DNA from: Candidatus Thalassarchaeaceae archaeon | GTDB taxonomy: Archaea > Thermoplasmatota > Poseidoniia > Poseidoniales > Thalassarchaeaceae | DNA: 16,293 bases | Assembly: GCA_030747675.1 (NCBI GenBank) | Contig: JASLKH010000053.1 | Coordinates: 1-16,293 of the forward strand | Direction: 5' to 3' | In this document: positions 16,111 through 16,293 of the stretch, in pieces | How the letters are laid out: every line of letters begins with the position of its first letter | Position numbering within the stretch: position 1 is the first letter of the stretch | Program-made: the position numbers and the translations under genes | The notes under the pieces: generated by a model | Databases searched by the model: none | What the model saw: the letters and a program-made list of their open reading frames with translations, nothing else | What the model was told of the DNA's origin: nothing

Positions 16111-16293
16111 CTATTCATCGGCCCAAGTCCCTTGGAAATCTTCAGCATTGTCCACTCGGATGAATAAGTCCAACGAAGTCCAAACTAGGCTGTTGAAGCC
16201 ACTTGCCATCTCATCAGGGCCCCCGGCCTTCGCAGTCATGAATTCCAGGGTATCAGAAGGTGAATGCCATTCTTGCCAGAAGGAGATGTCTCC
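16111..16293 (-). CDS. 3' end of a convergent gene; possibly an M28-family peptidase (5'-truncated)
   Basis: Open frame from the right edge to TAG at 16113-16111: GDISFWQEWHSPSDTLEFMTAKAGGPDEMASGFNSLVWTSLDLFIRVDNAEDFQGTWADE. WHSPSDT resembles the yHt..Dt motif of M28 peptidases. The product call rests on that motif alone. Confidence 0.6.
   Translation of the reverse strand, partial: GDISFWQEWHSPSDTLEFMTAKAGGPDEMASGFNSLVWTSLDLFIRVDNAEDFQGTWADE

Noticed and set aside
16090-16113. Possible TAG read-through adding X-IYQLEN before an in-frame TAA
   Set aside because: Better explained by the dispersed DNA palindrome. There is no evidence of pyrrolysine or other recoding machinery in the window.
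1-16293. tRNA, rRNA, CRISPR array, transposase, integrase or defence genes
   Set aside because: All intergenic gaps are under about 100 bp and show no cloverleaf or repeat-spacer pattern. All long ORFs have housekeeping assignments.

Overview
Housekeeping and metabolic window. It is most likely archaeal (Thermoplasmatota, probably Marine Group II/Poseidoniales). This is inferred from archaeal-type deoxyhypusine synthase, long-type FKBP, DUF63, geranylgeranyl reductase and GAGGTG-type Shine-Dalgarno (SD) sites, found alongside bacterial-like UvrB and methylcrotonyl-CoA carboxylase. Minus strand, tightly coupled: UbiD/MqnL-like decarboxylase > UbiA/MqnP-like prenyltransferase > uvrB > deoxyhypusine synthase (runs off the left edge; absent from the ORF track). 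Plus strand, divergent: geranylgeranyl-reductase-family flavoprotein > CcmF heme lyase > FKBP/SlyD > DUF63 membrane protein > leucine-catabolism cluster (MCC beta, methylglutaconyl-CoA hydratase, biotin carboxylase, separate biotin carrier). The 3' end of a convergent gene enters from the right edge. I saw no RNA genes, CRISPR arrays or mobile elements, and no clear new multi-gene system. The signals the genes do not explain are at DNA level. (1) A 20-bp palindrome, AATTTTCCAATTGGAAAATT, recurs four times and always reads I-[F/W/Y]-Q-L-E-N on the minus strand. (2) YAATTG hexamers occur in pairs 20-21 bp apart at five loci. (3) Three GC-rich intergenic palindromes have 3-nt loops and a CCTA(C/A)GG core.
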